In this document: positions 59,109 to 64,000 of the stretch, one piece after another
Position numbering within the stretch: the first letter of the stretch is position 1
How the letters are laid out: the number at the start of each line of letters is the position of its first letter
Assembly (NCBI GenBank): GCA_019058365.1
Contig: JAHPZE010000013.1
Location: 1 to 64,000 of the forward strand
DNA: 64,000 nt
Direction of reading: 5' to 3'
DNA from: Promethearchaeota archaeon
GTDB taxonomy: Archaea; Asgardarchaeota; Lokiarchaeia; Sigyniarchaeales; SOKP01
Notes under the pieces: model-generated
Databases searched by the model: none
What the model was told of the DNA's origin: nothing
What the model saw: only the letters and a program-made list of their open reading frames with translations
Made by a program: the position numbers and the translations under genes

Positions 59109-60705
59109 AATTGGAATTATAATAGGACAAGTAAAAACATCTGAATTTATTTTTGCAACTAACTATGATGTAAACCGGTTAGAATATGTAGCTATAGAAT
59201 CACAAGAATTAATAGAAACTGAGGAAGGGAACTTAGAAGAAATACCAATTGTAATAATAAGTCAGATATTTGAAGTATGGGCGGATTCAAGAGCGCTTCC
59301 TGAAGGTCTGAAAATTGAAGATGCAGAAAAAATTATGGCTGCAGGATTAGCAGATTCAAAATTTTTTGCTAAAACTCGTATCCTTGGATATTTACATGAA
59401 GAAAATGTCTTTCAGCCTAGAAGAGCGATAAATCCAGGTAATTTTGTACACATAGCTCCTAATGAACTTTTAGAACAATTTTATTCTTACCCAGAAGAAG
59501 AAGGATTGCATATAGGTCATTTAATTACTCGATCTGATGTTCCAGTATATATTACTGTAAATGGATTTAGAAGACACCTCTCTATATTGGCTCAAACAGG
59601 AGGGGGAAAAAGTTATTGTGCTGGGGTGCTCACAGAAGAATTACATAGAAAAGGAGCAACTATCGTGATCATAGACCCACACGCTGATTATGTGTTTTTG
59701 GGTTCAAGAATTGACGGAACAAGAATAGATCGCGTTAATGTTTTTAGAACGCCTCAAAGTACAGGGAGATATTCAGAAGTAGATATAGGAAGGATGATAC
59801 AACAATATGAAGTAAGGTTTTCTGATTTAACAATTGATGAAATTTTTATGATTAGCGGCATTCGTGAGTCATTTACTCGAATTAGAAATGCAGTACAAGA
59901 CGCATTAACTAATTTAAGAGAAAATTCGAGAGCAAATGCTGATAGACCCCTAGTAGGACCAGACGGTTATGATTTGAATGATTTATTACAAGAATTACAA
60001 GATTTAAATACTAATGATTCCAGGAATGCTGTAAGATATATAAGAAGGATTCATAGATTAGGAGTTTTTAGTAATGCTACTACTGATATCTCAAGAATCA
60101 TTCTTCCTCAACAAATTTCCGTAATTGATTTGTCAGGATTATCAGACAATGTAGCAGATTATATAACTAACCGAATTCTTTCTGAAATATATGAACAAAG
60201 GAGAAATGAAACTTACCCTTATCCTGTATTTATATTTATGGAAGAGGCACATAGATTCTTGCCAAATAAAGGAAGAACTTATTCCATTGAAACTGTCAAA
60301 GAAATTTCTGCTGAAGGACGGAAATTTGGAGTTTTTTTAACTTTAATTACGCAAAGACCATATAAAATTGATCAAGACGCTTTAAGCCAGTGTAATAGTC
60401 AAATAATATTACGAATCACAAACTCGGAAGATCAAAATGCAATAAGAACTAGTTCCGAAAAGTTGAGTGAAAGTTTACTTAATGATCTACCCGGCTTAAA
60501 TCCTGGAGAAGCTGTTATTGTTGGTAATTTGACAAGGGCACCAGTAATGGTAAAAATTCGAAGGCGAGTAACAAGAGAGGGTGGCGCGGATATTGATGTT
60601 GTTAGTAGCTTAAGAGCTGCCAGAGAAGTCGTTGAACAAGGAGAAGAAGAACAAGCAGAGCAGGCTCATGAGGAACTAGAAGAATTAAGAGAGATGTTGG
60701 AGTGA
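59092..60705 (+). CDS. herA: HerA helicase/translocase
   Basis: HAS barrel; RHLSILAQTGGGKS, IDPHADY, FMEEAH, EGRKFG, TQRP, SQCN. Confidence 0.94.
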   Translation: MLDTRKIGIIIGQVKTSEFIFATNYDVNRLEYVAIESQELIETEEGNLEEIPIVIISQIFEVWADSRALPEGLKIEDAEKIMAAGLADSKFFAKTRILGYLHEENVFQPRRAINPGNFVHIAPNELLEQFYSYPEEEGLHIGHLITRSDVPVYITVNGFRRHLSILAQTGGGKSYCAGVLTEELHRKGATIVIIDPHADYVFLGSRIDGTRIDRVNVFRTPQSTGRYSEVDIGRMIQQYEVRFSDLTIDEIFMISGIRESFTRIRNAVQDALTNLRENSRANADRPLVGPDGYDLNDLLQELQDLNTNDSRNAVRYIRRIHRLGVFSNATTDISRIILPQQISVIDLSGLSDNVADYITNRILSEIYEQRRNETYPYPVFIFMEEAHRFLPNKGRTYSIETVKEISAEGRKFGVFLTLITQRPYKIDQDALSQCNSQIILRITNSEDQNAIRTSSEKLSESLLNDLPGLNPGEAVIVGNLTRAPVMVKIRRRVTREGGADIDVVSSLRAAREVVEQGEEEQAEQAHEELEELREMLE

Positions 60706-60712
60706 ATAACAT

Positions 60713-61810
60713 ATGAGAATTGCTCATTTAGCTGATACACATTTAGGATATAAACAATATAATCTTGATGAAAGAGAACAAGATATCTATGATGCATTTA
60801 ATCAAGCTATTGATAAAGCAATTGAAGAACGTGCAGATGTAATTATTCATTCAGGAGACCTTTTCGAAAGAAGCCATCCTCCAATAAAAGCATTATTGAC
60901 CTTAAAGGATGCTCTAAAAAAGATTAGGGGCAAAATTAAATTTCTATCTGTATTAGGAGAACATGATATTCCTAAGAGAAAAGCAATAATACCACATAAA
61001 TTGTTTGATATTCACCTTCTTGGAGCAAATTATAAGCTAGAAACGACAAAAATAGATAATGTATTATTTGCTGGAATATCAAATCTTAAAGGTAGATATG
61101 TTGGAACGTTAAAAGAAGAGATAAAAAGATTTGATAAAATTGCTGAAGACTATAAACACTCAGTATTAATTTTACATCAAGCGATAAAAAAATATTTGCC
61201 ATTCGAAGGTGCTTACCAATTAACATTAGATGAGCTCCCAAGAAAAGCTAGTTATTATGCATTAGGTCATATACATGCTAAAAATGAATTAAAGTTTGGA
61301 AATGGGCTATTAGTTTATTCTGGTTCTACAGAGATTATGAGTAAAGATGAGATCTCTTCTTGGAAGAACAAGGGGAAAGGTTTTTATCTTGTTGATTTAG
61401 AAAGTGATGATATCAATTATGAATTTATTCCTCTCGATATTAGACCTCAAGTCTCTATTGAATTAAATGTTGCTAATATCGAAAAAATCCTTGATTCTCT
61501 AATTTTTGATAAAAAACCCTTGTTACATTTAAAAATATTTGGAGAAAAAATAGAAAAAAGTTATGTTCAAGAACAAATAGAGAGAATTGTAAGAGATAAA
61601 GTAATTTTTCATCGTATTCTATTTCGAGAAGCAGGAATAAAGGAGGTTAAAATACCTCAAGATGCAATAAATCTCTTATCAATATTTAAAGAATATTTTG
61701 AAAAAGAAGAAATTGGTGAATTTACTAAAAATCTTTATGATATTTTATCCGAACGTGATATAAATTCTGCGATAAGTCTCGCTAAAAATTTTATGGAGGA
61801 GTATGACTAA
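60713..61810 (+). CDS. mre11: Mre11 nuclease
   Basis: ADTHLG, HSGDLF, GEHD, HQ, ALGHIH, YSGS. Confidence 0.94.
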   Translation: MRIAHLADTHLGYKQYNLDEREQDIYDAFNQAIDKAIEERADVIIHSGDLFERSHPPIKALLTLKDALKKIRGKIKFLSVLGEHDIPKRKAIIPHKLFDIHLLGANYKLETTKIDNVLFAGISNLKGRYVGTLKEEIKRFDKIAEDYKHSVLILHQAIKKYLPFEGAYQLTLDELPRKASYYALGHIHAKNELKFGNGLLVYSGSTEIMSKDEISSWKNKGKGFYLVDLESDDINYEFIPLDIRPQVSIELNVANIEKILDSLIFDKKPLLHLKIFGEKIEKSYVQEQIERIVRDKVIFHRILFREAGIKEVKIPQDAINLLSIFKEYFEKEEIGEFTKNLYDILSERDINSAISLAKNFMEEYD

Positions 61811-64000
61811 AAAGATGATAATTAAATCAATTAAAATGGAAAACTTTATCTCACACCAAAAAACTGAATTCCCTTTCCCTGTGGGGGTATTAGTAATAGT
61901 CGGAGAAAATGGTTCAGGAAAATCTTCTATTATTGATGCTATCTTCTATTCTTTGTGCGGCGTACAAGTTAGGGGTGATAATGTTGATGATTTAATAAGG
62001 GAAGGAACGAAGAAGGCAAAAGTCAATTTGCTATTTGAGCATAATGGTATTGCATATGAAATTGAGAGAGTACGTGAAAAAGATGTCAATCCATATGCTT
62101 TATTGAAAAAGGATGGAAGTATAACAGCAAGAAAGCAAACTCCTGTAAGTGAAGAAATTGCAAGGATTTTAGGCATGGATAAAGAAGCAATAATTAATTC
62201 AGTTTTTATTCGACAGGGAGAAATAACAAAATTAATTGATGGTACGCCTAGTGAAAGAAAAAAAACTATTGCTAAATTAATTGGCATTGAAAAATTAGAG
62301 AAATGTTATGATAAAATGAGAAATGTCATAGATTACTTCGATAATCAATTGAATGATTTTGATATAATTAATACAAAATTACAAGGAGAGCAAGAATCTA
62401 AAACCGAGTTAGATTCAGAAATTGAGGAACTTACAGGAGATATTAATAAAATAAAAAAAGATGTCATAATTGCTGAAGACATTTTTAAAAAAACAGAGGA
62501 TAAAAAGAAACTTTGGGAAAACAAGCGAAAAGAACATCAGGAACTGAAAAGTAAGAAAACAAAGAAAGGGGAACAGATCTCGTCTACTAATGAGAAAGTT
62601 AATAATCTAACTACTCAAGTCAATGATGCTAAAAAAGCTCGGGAAAGAGTTACTGAATTAGAACCTCAAATAAGGAATATTGAAATATTAGAGAAATATA
62701 TAGAAAACTTTAGGAATAAAAAAATTACTACCGAAACTCTTGAACGATTGAATAAAGAATTTGAAAAGGTAAATCAATGGATAACAATTTTAAGTATTAA
62801 TAAAGACAAATTTAAAGAATTTAATGAAATTAGTGAGAGTTTAAGCCAAAAAGAAGATGAAATAGAGAACTTGAGAAAAATTGAAAAGGAGTATATTGAA
62901 CTGAAAAAAGATATTGAAAACACTCAAAAAAAATTAACTGAATACAAGGATGAGATTGAAAATATTAATGAAAAAGCATTGAAAGTTTTACCCAGAGCAG
63001 AGAAAAAAGAAAAAGACAAAAAAATGAAAGAACTAAATAGTAAATTAAAAGAATTAGAAGGAAATATATCAAATATAATAAGTTCTAATGGAGCTATTAA
63101 AGGTAGAATTAAAGAAATTGACAATTATTTATTAAAATTTCAAGATAGCGATGAGTGCCCTGTATGCTCAAGTGAACTATCACCTAACCATAAACAGAAA
63201 GTTATAACGGATTTTAAAAGAGAGAAAAGTGGTAAAACAAAAGAAATCGAAGAGAATAGGGAAAATATCTCCTCTTTAGGAAAGGAGCAAAATCAATTCA
63301 GAGATCAACTTGATAACATAAAAAGTTTAGATTTAGATAAATATAAAGAGTTAAAAGAAAAATTTGAAAATCTGGAAACTCAGTTAAAAGAGTTTGAGAT
63401 AAATAGACAAGAGAAGGGAAGAGCAACAGAAAAATTGAGACTATTGGAAGATCAAAGCAAAATTGAAAAAAAAAGCGTTGAAGAATTAAAACCAAGATAT
63501 AATGATTATATTGCAGCAGAAAAAGCATTGGAAAATGAGAGAGAGATAAAGGAAATACAAAATGAGATCAATGAATTTAATACTAAATTAACTAAGATTA
63601 TGGAAGTTGATTCAAAATTAGCTAATCAATTAAAGAAAATTCCTGAGAAACCTGAAGAAGAACTTAATCAACTTAGAAAATTAAAAGAGGAATATATTGT
63701 TGCTAAAGGTGAAAGTCAGAAATTAGAGAAATTTCAAAAAGATTTAATCAATACAGAAAAAATTTTGAATGATTTTATCTCTGAATCAAAAAAAATTGAT
63801 TCTGAAATTAATTCTTTAGGATATAACGAAGAACTATATGAACAAGTTCTAAAAAAGAACAATGAAGCAAGTAGTACCTTAGAAAAGCTAAAAAATAGTG
63901 TGAATCTAAAAATCATTGAATTAGATAAAAAAAACCAAAAATTAAATGAACTTAAACAAAAAATTAACGATCTACTTAAACAAATGAAATCTTTTGAAAA
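61803..64000 (+). CDS. rad50: Rad50 ATPase, runs off the window end (alternative start 61815)
   Basis: ENFISH, GENGSGKSSIIDAI, FIRQGEI, coiled coil, zinc hook ECPVC near 63153 in the same frame; absent from the ORF track because no stop falls in the window. Confidence 0.93.
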   Translation, partial: MTKKMIIKSIKMENFISHQKTEFPFPVGVLVIVGENGSGKSSIIDAIFYSLCGVQVRGDNVDDLIREGTKKAKVNLLFEHNGIAYEIERVREKDVNPYALLKKDGSITARKQTPVSEEIARILGMDKEAIINSVFIRQGEITKLIDGTPSERKKTIAKLIGIEKLEKCYDKMRNVIDYFDNQLNDFDIINTKLQGEQESKTELDSEIEELTGDINKIKKDVIIAEDIFKKTEDKKKLWENKRKEHQELKSKKTKKGEQISSTNEKVNNLTTQVNDAKKARERVTELEPQIRNIEILEKYIENFRNKKITTETLERLNKEFEKVNQWITILSINKDKFKEFNEISESLSQKEDEIENLRKIEKEYIELKKDIENTQKKLTEYKDEIENINEKALKVLPRAEKKEKDKKMKELNSKLKELEGNISNIISSNGAIKGRIKEIDNYLLKFQDSDECPVCSSELSPNHKQKVITDFKREKSGKTKEIEENRENISSLGKEQNQFRDQLDNIKSLDLDKYKELKEKFENLETQLKEFEINRQEKGRATEKLRLLEDQSKIEKKSVEELKPRYNDYIAAEKALENEREIKEIQNEINEFNTKLTKIMEVDSKLANQLKKIPEKPEEELNQLRKLKEEYIVAKGESQKLEKFQKDLINTEKILNDFISESKKIDSEINSLGYNEELYEQVLKKNNEASSTLEKLKNSVNLKIIELDKKNQKLNELKQKINDLLKQMKSFE

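Noticed and set aside
60950-60970. Mre11 GEHD in place of GNHD as a sign of inactivation
   Set aside because: All other phosphoesterase motifs are intact and Glu can still bind metal; not enough evidence.

Overview
Very AT-rich archaeal DNA, most consistent with an Asgard archaeon (Lokiarchaeia-like). Supporting signs are a Loki-CTERM-type tail, rps30e, a GPN-loop GTPase, GAGGTG ribosome-binding sites and eukaryote-like SECIS elements; this assignment is an inference. Positions 1-38.4 kb are mostly core chromosome. They include a two-intron tRNA-Trp, two Sec-containing selD paralogues that each have a 3' SECIS and flank a double-cubane-type reductase gene, mfnE/mfnF, MaoC genes, and a small restriction-modification/intein-remnant islet. 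At about 38,650 a GTPase gene is cut off, and an accessory/defence island appears to run from there to the window end. It holds a 1080-aa multidomain orphan protein converging on a cas-less, type I-E-like CRISPR array (11 repeats), TA and RM debris, a WYL gene and an OLD nuclease, and an AAA+ gene pair. It ends with a full-length long prokaryotic Argonaute upstream of nurA-herA-mre11-rad50. A 127-bp direct repeat suggests ago once sat directly against nurA, before a 1388-aa PD-(D/E)XK gene was inserted between them. The best candidate for an undescribed system is Argonaute coupled to its own DNA end-resection operon. All calls come from reading motifs by eye; no database searches were run.
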